64,000 nucleotides of DNA from an uncultured candidate division Zixibacteria bacterium (GTDB lineage Bacteria > Zixibacteria > MSB-5A5 > GN15 > PGXB01), in contig OY969724.1 of the NCBI GenBank assembly GCA_963702205.1, forward strand, positions 192,001-256,000, read 5' to 3'. Below are positions 1 to 9,806 of this stretch, piece by piece. The notes below the pieces were generated by a model. The model worked only from the letters and a program-made list of their open reading frames with translations, had not been told where the DNA came from and did not search any database. The position numbers and the translations under genes are program-made. Within the stretch, counting starts at the first letter, position 1, and every line of letters starts with the position of its first letter.

Positions 1-1230
1 GGAGAAGCCGGGCCTACGGGCGCGCCAGCGGTCGACGACGTCCCATGCCCCGGATACCTCCGACCATTGGGAGTCAGCGTAGGCGGTGATGAACAGATGA
101 CGGCCCACGGTCGCGCCGGAGACCTTGTCGTCCCGTCCGAGCCTCGAATGCCCCACGCGGAACCAATGGGAGAGCCGTGACCGCTTCCCGTACCGGTGCG
201 TGCGGCGGTCTCCCGCAAGGTCGGGCGCATCCTGGACGGCTTCCGAGAGCATGTCTTTCTGGCGGAACTTGATCCGGCAAGGCTGAGCGGAACGATTCAG
301 GCGCGAACGATTCAGGTCCTGGCCAGCCAGCCGGATGAACGAAACGCCCGGTTCCACTGCGGGCTTGGTTTCGATCTCGCAGCAGAACGATGCCCGCCGT
401 TCGCTGACCCACAGGTTCGGTAGACGTTCGATGTTGAGGTTGCCGGAGTTGAGGCGGAACCGGGGCGAGCGGCCGTGCCAGCGTGAAACGCACACCGCGG
501 CGCGCTCGATGTCCTGCATGAGCGTGGTGCTGTCGGTGATCCGCCACCATCCCCAGGTCTTGTTCTTGCGGGTCAGGTGGTAATCCGTGTTCAGTGCGTT
601 GTGGCTGACAACGAAGGTCTCGTGCAGATGCCCGAGACAGACGCGCTCCACGACCTTCTTGATGGCCGCCTCGAAATCCGACTCCATGGACAGCAGCGTG
701 TAGAGCCACTGCAGGAAGAACACCCGCGTACCGGAGGGATGATGGAATGGCAGCGTGTTCCGGACTCCCTGAACGAGGTTGTCGCTGTCGATACGGTAGA
801 CGCCCAGGCTGTAGATCAGCCCCGGCAGCTTCGCCCGTCCGACGACGGAGCGGCGGTTCAGGCGCAGCGCCTTGCGGAAAGTCTCCTCGATTCGTCCTTC
901 CCATGCTATGTCGGCGAGCGAGCGGCCGATGGCGGGGATGGTGCCTTTGCGCCGGTAGATTTCGATGGCCTCGCGGATAAGCCTGCGCTGGAGTGCAGCG
1001 TCGACGGTGGGATCGAAGCGGTGGCCGACGATCTCGCCGAGATATGGCAGGAACCGCGCCTCGCAACGATCAATGTCGAAGACCTCCGGAAAACGCTCGG
1101 CCAATACCTTGAGTTCGTCCAGACTCGCGGCCGGCACCTTGAGAATTGTTTCCAGATCACCGGACTCGTCCCGTTCCCGGTAGAGCGGTGGAAGGAGGTC
1201 GATGAGTTTTCTCTCGAAGTAAGATGACAT
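1..1230 (-). CDS. Phage tail/baseplate protein (P2 gpI-like N-terminus), runs off the window edge
   Basis: Not in the ORF track. ATG at 1230 overlaps the baseplate J stop (TGATG) and reads MSSYFERKLIDLLPPLYRERD...FLPYLGEIVG...QRRLIREAIEIYRRKGT; frame appears open to position 1. Confidence 0.8.
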   Translation of the reverse strand, partial: MSSYFERKLIDLLPPLYRERDESGDLETILKVPAASLDELKVLAERFPEVFDIDRCEARFLPYLGEIVGHRFDPTVDAALQRRLIREAIEIYRRKGTIPAIGRSLADIAWEGRIEETFRKALRLNRRSVVGRAKLPGLIYSLGVYRIDSDNLVQGVRNTLPFHHPSGTRVFFLQWLYTLLSMESDFEAAIKKVVERVCLGHLHETFVVSHNALNTDYHLTRKNKTWGWWRITDSTTLMQDIERAAVCVSRWHGRSPRFRLNSGNLNIERLPNLWVSERRASFCCEIETKPAVEPGVSFIRLAGQDLNRSRLNRSAQPCRIKFRQKDMLSEAVQDAPDLAGDRRTHRYGKRSRLSHWFRVGHSRLGRDDKVSGATVGRHLFITAYADSQWSEVSGAWDVVDRWRARRPGFS

Positions 1231-2639
1231 CAGGACGTCCTCCTCATGTCGAGGTTGACCTGACCGAGCGCCGCGATCTGGCCGGCGCGGATGTCAACGT
1301 CCTGGATGGGCGTGTACATGCGCACGTGGCTCACGCCCCGCACGCCGTCCAGGAGCGCGACCAGGTCCGAGTAGTGAACCGGCGCTCCGAAGGTCATGCG
1401 CTCGAAGGCGAAGAAATCCGCTAATGCCTGTTCGACGCGGCTTCGGATAAGGTCGAGGTCCTCGCCTGCATAGGCATACACCTCGGCGTCAATAGAAACC
1501 GGCCGGTAGACGGGATCGAACAGGTTGATCTCGACGGTGATTACCTTGCGCGATTCCAGGTACTCCGCGAGGTCTCGTTTGAGGATCGTCGACGGTAAGT
1601 CTCCACCGTCCGGAGCCACGGCCATGTTGACCTGGTAGTAACGGATGTTCGTGCAATCGTTGACGTCGAGGACCTGTGCCTTGGCCACACCGGGAAATCC
1701 TTCGGCCAGGGCCAGGTAATCCTCCTTGGTGACTGCCTTCCAGAGCGAGCGCACCTCGGCCGGGGCCTGTCGGCGAGCGTGTTCGATGGTCTCGCGGTCG
1801 GCTCCGCCGGTCGCGGGAACCGGGTTGGTGACCGAGAGGGGAACAAGACTCCCTTCGAGGTAGATGGGCGAGAGAAGCTCAGAGACGAGATAGGGACCGA
1901 GGTTGCCCTCGGCCCCAAGTGTTTCAAGGTACTCGACGCGGATTTCCGCGCTGGTGTCGGGCTTTGCTCCGCGCAATCCGTCGCCGAAGACGATCCGAGT
2001 GATGTCCAGCGCATCGGTCTCGGCCATGAAGTGGCGCGAATCGGAGCCGCTTTCCTGGAAGTGGGATACCTCGATCCATTCCTGGTTCTGCACCCACATA
2101 CGTATCGAGCCGTAGGCGATATTTTTCCCGGCGAGGATGATCGGACCATCCGTCTCCCCGTCGGCCGTGAAGGTCTCGGTCTTGCGTTTCCCCTGGCGCG
2201 CGCCCGCATCGACGCTCGTCCGGGTCCTCGGGATCGTCGCGTCTTCGGCCGTCTCGAACACGATGTCGTTTTCTTCCAGACGGGCCCTGCACGTCGTTCC
2301 TGCGGGGATCACCAGGTCCGCGTCGAGCGGCGCGGCCAGGGAGAAACGCAAAGCGGTCGTCGCAGCCACCGGCCCGTCGAGCCGGTAGCTGATGAGCTTG
2401 CAGAGGTTGATGACGTTCTGCCGCTGGCGGGCGGTGGGCAGAAAGGCTTCCGCCGCCTGGGCGTCGAGATAGTAGGCCAGCATGTCGCCGATGCCGCAGA
2501 AGAGCTCCAGCAACACCACGCCGAGGTCGGACGCGTTGAAGTCCGTCCAGCGGTCGGTGAGCTGCGGCACCCGCGCCAGCAGTTCCCGGCGCAGGGAATC
2601 GTAGTCCTTGTTCGTGTAAGCGATGCTCGCTCTGCCCAT
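1230..2639 (-). CDS. Baseplate J / wedge protein
   Basis: YTNKDYDSLRRELL..WTDFNASDLG N-terminus, ATGGADRET and KAVTKEDY motifs; follows gp25. Confidence 0.9.
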   Translation of the reverse strand: MGRASIAYTNKDYDSLRRELLARVPQLTDRWTDFNASDLGVVLLELFCGIGDMLAYYLDAQAAEAFLPTARQRQNVINLCKLISYRLDGPVAATTALRFSLAAPLDADLVIPAGTTCRARLEENDIVFETAEDATIPRTRTSVDAGARQGKRKTETFTADGETDGPIILAGKNIAYGSIRMWVQNQEWIEVSHFQESGSDSRHFMAETDALDITRIVFGDGLRGAKPDTSAEIRVEYLETLGAEGNLGPYLVSELLSPIYLEGSLVPLSVTNPVPATGGADRETIEHARRQAPAEVRSLWKAVTKEDYLALAEGFPGVAKAQVLDVNDCTNIRYYQVNMAVAPDGGDLPSTILKRDLAEYLESRKVITVEINLFDPVYRPVSIDAEVYAYAGEDLDLIRSRVEQALADFFAFERMTFGAPVHYSDLVALLDGVRGVSHVRMYTPIQDVDIRAGQIAALGQVNLDMRRTS

Positions 2640-2704
2640 TTCCGTTCATCCGTAGAGGTTCGGTCACAAGTGGTCCCACCGGACGAGCCGGACGAGGACC
2701 CGCT

Positions 2705-2737
2705 TGTTACTTACCGGCAACGGCGTGGAACTGTCGG
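2705..2737 (-). promoter_or_regulatory. Phage bipartite promoter motif, copy 1
   Basis: CCGAC-N15-CCGGTAAGTAAC upstream of baseplate J. Confidence 0.7.
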
Positions 2738-3162
2738 GGCGGAGCGGATTGGCGCGGCTCGCGGTAGAAGGGATAAACCAGGTTGCCTTCCACCTGGCTC
2801 CGGATGACACGGTAGGCGATGCGGACCGGGAAAAGATTGCGGTCCTTGTTCAACGGAGAATCGTCGAAAGAGACGCCGGTGATGACGACCCGCTTCTCCC
2901 AGCGTTTCACGGCGTCGATCACATAATGGCGGATAAGGCCCTTCAGCACCTCGTCGTTCGGTTCAAACACCAGGTCCTTGAGCCTGGAGCCGAACTCGGG
3001 GCGCATGAAGCGTTCACCCGGCCGGGTGCCGAGAATCTGGATGACGCTCTCGTGGATGTGTTCGTGTTCGGTGGAGGTGGCCGAGGAGACCTGCGCGCCT
3101 CCGGACCGCCGCTGAAAGCGGAAGGGGAACTTCAACCCGTGTCCGAGAAAGTCCAGAGCCAT
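2707..3162 (-). CDS. GPW/gp25 family baseplate protein
   Basis: FLGHGLKFPF...ILGTRPGERFMRPEFGSRL...WEKRV signature. Confidence 0.92.
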   Translation of the reverse strand: MALDFLGHGLKFPFRFQRRSGGAQVSSATSTEHEHIHESVIQILGTRPGERFMRPEFGSRLKDLVFEPNDEVLKGLIRHYVIDAVKRWEKRVVITGVSFDDSPLNKDRNLFPVRIAYRVIRSQVEGNLVYPFYREPRQSAPPRQFHAVAGK

Positions 3163-4133
3163 CAGTCACGCTCCTCGCAGATGCCGGCGGACGGACCGCC
3201 AGAGCCTGGGACACCGCCGGCGTCATCGCCCTCCGGGAAATGTATGACCAGGTCCAAGCCGTTCGCCAATGCGATATGGATGGTCCCGTCGGCCTCGATG
3301 ACGCCCTTGTGGCCGCTTTCCATCGCCGCGAATCCCTTGGCCCCACCGGGTACCAGACGAACCTCGATATCCTCTCCCACGCCTTCGATCCGGGAAATAC
3401 CGATCACCACCGAGGTGCCCGCGGGGTTACCGATCATGGCCGTGCGCTCAAGTTGGAAGACATCCAGCCGGTATCCGCCCGGCAGCTCCACGCGGTACCG
3501 CCCTTGCGCGGTCGATACCGGATCAATGTCCAGGGGAAGCCCCTCTATCCCAGCCGCCTCATGGGTCACCTGCACCGCCTCTGGCTTGAGCATAAGCTCC
3601 CGGCCGTCGGGAAGGGTCACCACGCCGCCGCGCGCGGGTTCGAGAAGGGTCACAGAGCCATCCATGCCGATGGCCGTCAGTCTTCCATCCGGCCCTACCC
3701 GAACCATGACGCCGTCGGCGAGGGTGAAAAGGCGTCCTCCGTCGGGAAGGTCTCTCACAACTGTGCCTGCGGGCATCGTGACGAACGGGTCGAAATCCGT
3801 CGGCGTGGGTTGATCCACGACCTGCATGTATTGCTGCGCGCTCTCGGCGTGCGCTTCCAGTACCGTCTGAGCTTCCGCCCGCAAGGCTTCGGAGGCGTCG
3901 TGACTCTGCTGCAGGATGGTTTTGATCTCGGCCAAGCTGTCTCGAACCTGCCGGAGATAGGGCTCCTCACCCTCGCCGTCCGTCACGCCGAGCCCGTCGG
4001 CGAGCAGGCGGACCAGCGCCATGATCTCGTAATGGGACGGCGACGAACTGGTCTGCTCGATGATCGGCCCGCCTTCCTCCCCGTAGCCATATCCGTACCC
4101 GTATCCAAAGCCCTCTTCGTCTAACATCACCAT
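3162..4133 (-). CDS. Hypothetical tail-module protein with GYGYGYGYG N-terminus and LPDG beta-hairpin repeats
   Basis: 323-aa ORF coupled to the gp25 gene. Confidence 0.65.
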   Translation of the reverse strand: MVMLDEEGFGYGYGYGYGEEGGPIIEQTSSSPSHYEIMALVRLLADGLGVTDGEGEEPYLRQVRDSLAEIKTILQQSHDASEALRAEAQTVLEAHAESAQQYMQVVDQPTPTDFDPFVTMPAGTVVRDLPDGGRLFTLADGVMVRVGPDGRLTAIGMDGSVTLLEPARGGVVTLPDGRELMLKPEAVQVTHEAAGIEGLPLDIDPVSTAQGRYRVELPGGYRLDVFQLERTAMIGNPAGTSVVIGISRIEGVGEDIEVRLVPGGAKGFAAMESGHKGVIEADGTIHIALANGLDLVIHFPEGDDAGGVPGSGGPSAGICEERD

Positions 4134-4145
4134 GACGAATATCTC

Positions 4146-4433
4146 CTATGATGGAATGCCATATCCGCCTCCGCTTTCCTCGACCACTTCGACCTGGATG
4201 TAGCGGACACTGTCCCGCGATGGAGAATCGTAGACCATGATGACCGTCGCTCCGACACTCCAGCCGAGTTGCACTCGTCCTTCCCAGTCGACCCAGGCAA
4301 TGTCCGAATTGACAGATTCGTACTGCAATTCGCCCTGGGGGTTTCCACGGATCGAAAGGGGGATCGACATGGACCACCAACTGCGGGTGACCCGGATCGA
4401 TTTTGGAAATACATCCCAGTAACGGAAATCCAT
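4146..4433 (-). CDS. Small beta-rich protein, possibly Ig-like
   Basis: 95 aa with RBS; YESVNSDIAWVD..G.V....VGATVI pattern resembles Big_2. Confidence 0.55.
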   Translation of the reverse strand: MDFRYWDVFPKSIRVTRSWWSMSIPLSIRGNPQGELQYESVNSDIAWVDWEGRVQLGWSVGATVIMVYDSPSRDSVRYIQVEVVEESGGGYGIPS

Positions 4434-4443
4434 TCCTCGCTCC

Positions 4444-4716
4444 TCAATTGTCGTCGGTGTTCAGGCTGCCGGTCACGATGATCGCTCCACAGGCCGTGAT
4501 GTCGCCGATGCGGGCGTTGGGCAGCCCTTCGGTCGCGGTGTCGAAACTGCCTGTCACGATGGGGGTCACGCCGTGCCCTGGTATCGGGCAGACGTGTAGG
4601 TCGCCCAGGCGCGCCGCCGGTCTTCCGTTGACGACCGTGCGAAGCGCCCCGGTGATGATCACTCCGCCGTGGCTGGAGATGTCGCCGAGTCTCGCCTGGG
4701 GTCTCGCCATGGTCAT
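4444..4716 (-). CDS. PAAR-domain spike tip protein
   Basis: PQARLGD, PAARLGD, PNARIGD repeats with His/Cys ligands; start 4716 or 4710. Confidence 0.93.
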   Translation of the reverse strand: MTMARPQARLGDISSHGGVIITGALRTVVNGRPAARLGDLHVCPIPGHGVTPIVTGSFDTATEGLPNARIGDITACGAIIVTGSLNTDDN

Positions 4717-5087
4717 TTCCCCGTCAGGAGGTGGATCAGAAAGCCGACAATGCCGCCCACGACACCGCCGACGGTCAGCACAAGCCCAACCACCTTCCAC
4801 ATCGTCTCGACGCCCATCTTCTCGTTCATGCCCGACTGCAGGTTCTTGATGTCATCGGTATGGCGGCGCAGGTCGTCCTGGATGCTGCGCACCAGAAGGT
4901 CCACGTTCTCCTTGTCCGACTTTTTCTCGATCTCGCGTTCAATCTTCTCGAGGCGCGCCTGGATTTCCCGCCGATGGTCTTCAAGGATGGTACGGAACTC
5001 AGCCCGCCACGATTCAAAGGTGCGCGCGAGGAGACGTTCACTTTGCTCCCAATTACACGGTGTGTGGCCGAGTTCACGTTCATCCAT
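4713..5087 (-). CDS. Coiled-coil protein with C-terminal transmembrane helix
   Basis: Heptad region then VVGLVLTVGGVVGGIVGFLIHLL. Confidence 0.65.
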   Translation of the reverse strand: MDERELGHTPCNWEQSERLLARTFESWRAEFRTILEDHRREIQARLEKIEREIEKKSDKENVDLLVRSIQDDLRRHTDDIKNLQSGMNEKMGVETMWKVVGLVLTVGGVVGGIVGFLIHLLTGK

Positions 5088-5847
5088 CGGGGTTTCTCCT
5101 TTTCAATGAGAATCGCTCGTGAATCTGAAGATCGACTTCGAAGCGCTCGGACAGGCCACGACGTTTCAAAGCCCTTGAAATGGCCTCCCGAGACCAGTGG
5201 ACCTGCTCCAATCTCATCTCTTGGGAAACGGATTTATGATGGATACGATAATGGTAAAGAGGTTTTTGGATGCGACGGATCTCGGTGATTTCCGATAGGC
5301 GCAAGCAAAGGTCGTAATCCTCGGCGCATCTGAATTCGTCGTCGATGCCGCCTGCCTGCTCGAAAGCCGAGCGTCGGATGAGGCGAAAATGGAAGGTCAT
5401 AAAGTCGAGGAGCATCCGGTCCTTTGAATAGGGAATCCGACAGCGCCTGCCGTAACTCTTGACCTGGTCGGATGCGTCGATGACCTGGTAGTCCGTATAA
5501 ACCATTCCGACGGTCGGATTTCCTTCCAAGACCGCGACCGTCTCCTCCAAAGCCGTGGGAGCGAGCATATCGTCGCTGTCCACCCAGCACAGGTATTGTC
5601 CGAAGGTATCCGCCAAGGCGGACTTCAAAGACTTGACGGCTCCTCTGTGGTCATAGGCAGCGAGGCGGACCCGGCTGTCCTTTTTGGCGCATTCGATGGC
5701 TACTTTCGCAGTCCCATCATTTGAGCCGTCATCCCAAACAAGCAGATCGAAATCTTGGTAGGTTTGGGCAAGAACGCTTTCGATGGCTCTGCCGATGTAG
5801 CGCTCGCGGTTATATCCTCGGATGACTATTGAAACGGATGGATGCAT
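5080..5847 (-). CDS. Glycosyltransferase family 2
   Basis: VSIVI..YN, DDGSND, VDSDD and EDYDL motifs. Confidence 0.93.
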   Translation of the reverse strand: MHPSVSIVIRGYNRERYIGRAIESVLAQTYQDFDLLVWDDGSNDGTAKVAIECAKKDSRVRLAAYDHRGAVKSLKSALADTFGQYLCWVDSDDMLAPTALEETVAVLEGNPTVGMVYTDYQVIDASDQVKSYGRRCRIPYSKDRMLLDFMTFHFRLIRRSAFEQAGGIDDEFRCAEDYDLCLRLSEITEIRRIQKPLYHYRIHHKSVSQEMRLEQVHWSREAISRALKRRGLSERFEVDLQIHERFSLKRRNPDG

Positions 5848-5858
5848 AGGTTCTTCCT

Positions 5859-6908
5859 TTAAGGGTTGATCAGCACCTTGTTCGAGGATCGAATGACGAT
5901 GTTCCCCATGACGGCGTCCATGAGGATCACGCTTCCGGATTTATCAGTGGCTTGAATGCGTTCCCGGCCGGCAGCCGCGTTCATCACGACGACCTGGCCG
6001 GCTTTGTCCGTGAGGCGGATCATCTCGGTCCCGGCGGTGGAATCGATGAGGATTTCCTGCGTGCCGCAGAGACCCCAGATGTGGACCTTCTCTTTGCCCT
6101 TGGTGGTATCGATGAGAATCTTCTGCCAGCGGGCGCGGGACTTGTCGCAGGACTGGATATGGATTTTCTCCTTGTCCTTCCACGCCTCCCAGCGCACGAA
6201 CTGGCGGCACAGATCGGTGATCTCGATCCGGGCCTTCTGGTCCTTGATGTCCGAGTCGATGTCGAGCTGGTCGCCCTGCTCGGCGTCCTTGGTTCCTCGG
6301 CGGCGTGCGTTGCCGGTCTGAACGTCGCGCTTCACGCGGCATTCCATGTGCAGAATCTGGCCGGCCCGGTCGATGACCTTGAGGAACTCCTCCTCGTCCC
6401 GGTCGTCGAGAACGATGGTGTGGCCGGTCTCGGTCTTGAGCAGAACCTTGCGGCGCGGGCAGTAGTACGGCGGGTGACCGTGGTGCTTCTTGTGCTCCAG
6501 GTCGTCCCGCCGGTCGGGCTTGTGCTCGACTTTGTCCTCGCAGTCATGGCAGGTCGGATCGGAGCACAGGCGCTTGGATTCCTCCGGCTGTTCGCCGGGG
6601 TTGCTCTTGGCCAGCCAGACGCCGGACCAGATCGGGTATTGGACGTTTCCGCCCTCGAACTCGGCCCAGACGGACGCGCCTTCTTCGGGGACGAGAAACA
6701 GGCCGATGTCCTCGTTGCCGCCGTAGGGAAAGCATGGCCACGCCCACTCCGACCAGTTTTCCTTGCCGGTGCCGAGCACGGCCGGGATTTCCAGCCGGCA
6801 GCGGCCGAGCCGCTCCGGATCGTTGTTGTCTCGCAAGAACGCCCGGTACTTTCCGTACCAGCGATTCTTGTAGCGTTCCTCGTGCTGGCGGTCCTGGGTC
6901 TCGATCAC
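5859..6908 (-). CDS. Baseplate spike protein (gpV/gp5/VgrG OB-fold plus beta-helix)
   Basis: YGKYRA..DNNDPERLGR, VPEEGASVWAEFEGG..YPIWSG, TETGHTIVLDD. Confidence 0.9.
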   Translation of the reverse strand: MIETQDRQHEERYKNRWYGKYRAFLRDNNDPERLGRCRLEIPAVLGTGKENWSEWAWPCFPYGGNEDIGLFLVPEEGASVWAEFEGGNVQYPIWSGVWLAKSNPGEQPEESKRLCSDPTCHDCEDKVEHKPDRRDDLEHKKHHGHPPYYCPRRKVLLKTETGHTIVLDDRDEEEFLKVIDRAGQILHMECRVKRDVQTGNARRRGTKDAEQGDQLDIDSDIKDQKARIEITDLCRQFVRWEAWKDKEKIHIQSCDKSRARWQKILIDTTKGKEKVHIWGLCGTQEILIDSTAGTEMIRLTDKAGQVVVMNAAAGRERIQATDKSGSVILMDAVMGNIVIRSSNKVLINP

Positions 6909-6923
6909 GGTTCGTCCTCCGGG

Positions 6924-7250
6924 TTACTTCAGTGGCAGAACGCCCCGCAGGACCTCGCGCACGATGCGGGTGACCGTTCCGTCCGGCGTCTTCTTCGGAT
7001 CGGCTTTGGCCACGGCATGACGCAAGGCGTCCTGCGCTGCGGTGTCGAGCTTGAGTTCCTGGCCGGCGACGCCGGTCTTGACCTCTTTCGCGCCGACCCG
7101 CTCGATGACGCCGATCACCGCTTCCAGTGCGGCGGCTTTGGCCTGGCCCCAGGCGGTGAGCTTGATGACGGTGAGCAGGGTCACGATCAGGGTCGCGATG
7201 AGTTCCTTGTGGTTCAGGATGAAGGTCAGAATCTGTTCAAACTGCTGCAT
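6924..7250 (-). CDS. Putative holin-like membrane protein
   Basis: N-terminal hydrophobic helix; directly follows the endolysin. Confidence 0.5.
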   Translation of the reverse strand: MQQFEQILTFILNHKELIATLIVTLLTVIKLTAWGQAKAAALEAVIGVIERVGAKEVKTGVAGQELKLDTAAQDALRHAVAKADPKKTPDGTVTRIVREVLRGVLPLK

Positions 7251-7668
7251 TGCGGTCACCTCCGTTGGTTTTCATGGCTTCTTCGAACGACATGTATTTC
7301 CCGCCGAGATGGCCCCAACGGGTCCGTCCCTCGCGGATGTCGACGTGGATGAATCCCTGCTCCGGGTAGACGCCGATCCCGCCCTCGCGGAAAGCCGCCA
7401 CCCGCTCGGCGAGTTCGTACATCCCGGCGATGGACAAGCCTTTGATCACGATGTCTGCGGCGTGTCCGAGCAGGTGCCGACTCTGTTTCGCGCCGCCAAC
7501 GGCACGGTTGTGGTCGGGGCAGCGGTAGCCGCTGGTGACGCGGACGGGCGTGTCCGCAAGATCGCGGAGTTGCTGGAGCGCCTCCACCAGGCGGGGATCG
7601 ATCTCGACTCTGCCGCAACACCGGCAGACAAACTCGCTTTTTGAAAAATTCCTGCTCAGATCTCCCAT
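7237..7668 (-). CDS. Peptidase M15 endolysin
   Basis: NFSKSEF.C.C, SGYRC..HN..VGGA..S.H..G.AAD, FIHVD. Confidence 0.92.
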   Translation of the reverse strand: MGDLSRNFSKSEFVCRCCGRVEIDPRLVEALQQLRDLADTPVRVTSGYRCPDHNRAVGGAKQSRHLLGHAADIVIKGLSIAGMYELAERVAAFREGGIGVYPEQGFIHVDIREGRTRWGHLGGKYMSFEEAMKTNGGDRNAAV

Positions 7669-7681
7669 GTATCTTTCCTCC

Positions 7682-8948
7682 TCACAGCCTCCGCCCGCTG
7701 TCCGCGTCGATGGTCACCATCGGCGGCGGTTCTTCCTTCGGCGTGGGCGGCGCTTCCTGGTCGTTCTGCTTGCCCTTGGCCTCATCCGACTTGTCGCCGG
7801 CCCCTTTGCCCAGGGCGTTCTTCTTGAGTTTCAGTTCGCAGTGATATCCGCCTTCGCCGATGACGTGGCGGACCGAATGGCAGTAGTAGACGCCAGAGAA
7901 CTTGCGGCCCACGCTCTTGACCTCCACGTTTTGCTTGGCGCGCAGCGCGGGGATGCCGATGGTCACCGCGTCGGCTTCAACCTGGCGGAGTTCGGCCTCG
8001 CGGAATTTCCCCTCGGAGAGGTCCTGGGCCGGCTCCTGCCGGGGTTCCTCGTGGAAGCCCTCGGAGCGGTCAAAGGTGGCAACCACCTGCCCGGACTCCT
8101 GCTCCTTGTAAGCCCCTTCGCCGGTGTTTCCGTCCACCAGATAGGTCCGCTTGCCGAGCGATGTCCGCTCCGGCGTGGTCTCGTTGTTGGCCTTGTGTTC
8201 GACCGGCTCCTTTTTGCGCGGGTCGACGCCGGCGGCCTTGGTCTCCACGCCCGCTCCCTTGGCCCCCTGTGACTGGGTCGAGGGACGGAATGAACGCAGA
8301 ACGCCCTTGCGGTCGGTGAAGTACTCGAGGATCGCGGCGGGCTTTTTATCCAGGTCGCGGGGATGGAAATGCAGTTCATCGTCCTGGATATAGAAGACGT
8401 ACCCCGTGACGCCGTCGCCGTCCTTGTCGCGCGCCTTTCCGGCCAGGTCCTTGAGGAGCTGAGCGTCGGAGACGTTGCTCTGCGTCACACGCAGATGGCG
8501 AACCTTTGTGGGCGTGACCACCGGCGTGAGGCTGTTGGCCCCCGCGATCTCCTCGGCGATTTCGGAGTAGAGGATGCCGGGTGCGGGTTTCTGCCAGACC
8601 TTCTGATTTTCCTTCCCGGCCAGCTTGAAGCCTTTGTCGTAGGCCTTGATGCGGATGGTCGGGTCGCCGTCCTCCGGGAAGTCGTAGTCGATGTCCTTGA
8701 TGACCGCCTTCTTGCGCGGCGAGAGGTTGCCGACGTATCCGAAGCGGGCAACGATCTCGTTGCCTTCCTGGAACAGGGGATCGTCGACGAACTGGAGGTT
8801 TCGGTCGGTGACCGCCAGCTCCAACACGTCGAGTTCCTCCTCGTTGTCTTCGAAGACGAACGCAGGTGATCTCCTGCGTGATATCCGCCGAGAGGGTCTG
8901 CCCCTCGATCTGGATCACAAAAGTCGGTTTGAATGTGTCGATGTCCAT
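7682..8948 (-). pseudogene. Late control D / baseplate hub protein interrupted by a 1-bp frameshift (real or assembly error)
   Basis: MDIDTFKPTFVIQIEG..QEIT joins SFVFEDNEEELDVLELAV if one base near 8863 is removed; gpD-like C-terminus GIPALRA...FSGVYY..SVRH. Confidence 0.8.
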
Positions 8949-8990
8949 GCGTCGATCTCCAGTGGGACCGCCTGAAAGACGGACTCCACC

Positions 8991-9023
8991 GGATACTTAC
9001 CGGCGCGGGGCGATAGTTGTCGG
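8991..9023 (-). promoter_or_regulatory. Phage bipartite promoter motif, copy 2
   Basis: CCGAC-N15-CCGGTAAGTATC upstream of the gpD-like gene. Confidence 0.75.
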
Positions 9024-9046
9024 GATGGACGGATGAGCCGGGGGAC

Positions 9047-9337
9047 TTAATCCAGGAGCCGCATGCTGACGTGTTCGGCAGAGGGAATGCGCAGGATGGT
9101 CCCCGGCGTCAGTTCCAGGGGGAAGAAGATGTCGTTGTAGTCGCAGATGATCCACCACAGATCGGCCTGTCCCAGATAGCGTTGCGCCAGCAGATCGACA
9201 CGGTCCCCTTCGACCACCGTGTGAAACCGGTCGTCGGGGCGAGGCTTGCTCTCGAGAGGCGGACGCGTGCCCAGAAAATCTCCGTCACCCGACGCATAGA
9301 GAATGGCTGCCGCGTATCTGGATCGCCGTCCGATCAT
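9047..9337 (-). CDS. LysM / tail X-like protein
   Basis: HTVVEGDRVDLLAQRYLGQADLWWIICDYN...LTPGTILRIP. Confidence 0.88.
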   Translation of the reverse strand: MIGRRSRYAAAILYASGDGDFLGTRPPLESKPRPDDRFHTVVEGDRVDLLAQRYLGQADLWWIICDYNDIFFPLELTPGTILRIPSAEHVSMRLLD

Positions 9338-9804
9338 CCGCGCACCTCCGAATAGTCCACGGACTGGTCGATATACTCCTCGAGCATCACGTCCACCTCG
9401 GCGTGCTGGGGCAACAGGTTGTCCCGGTCGAACATGTGGAAGAACCGGGCCTTCACCTGGCGGACCACGCAGAGCACGCCCGGGTAAAGGTCTCCGAACA
9501 TGAAAAGCACCCGATGCGGGGCGTTCTTGAGCATGGTCCCCGCGTGTTCGGGATAGAGCAGAGAGCGCAGCCAGTCCACCGACTCCTTTACGGACCCCTT
9601 GAAGAAGACCAGCTTGAATCCGATCTTGCGTGGCTCGCCGGCCACGTACTGATAGCGGGGATGGCTCATACCCGGAATCTTGATGGCCGCGTAGGCCGTG
9701 CTTTTCTCGTCGATGATGTCGTTCGGGTTGTACTGGAAATCGAGGTAGTCGCCCGTGTCCACGTCAACAAGATATGCGGTAATCTCTTTCTGATCCCAGG
9801 CCAC
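9334..9804 (-). CDS. Tail tube initiator-like protein
   Basis: FQYNP..I......Y..IKIPG...P..QY..G motif; lies between tape measure and LysM. Confidence 0.75.
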   Translation of the reverse strand: MAWDQKEITAYLVDVDTGDYLDFQYNPNDIIDEKSTAYAAIKIPGMSHPRYQYVAGEPRKIGFKLVFFKGSVKESVDWLRSLLYPEHAGTMLKNAPHRVLFMFGDLYPGVLCVVRQVKARFFHMFDRDNLLPQHAEVDVMLEEYIDQSVDYSEVRG

Positions 9805-9806
9805 GG

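Noticed and set aside
74..1066. 330-aa minus-strand ORF from the track
   Set aside because: Arg/Pro-rich shadow frame; the phage-like protein is in the frame starting at 1230
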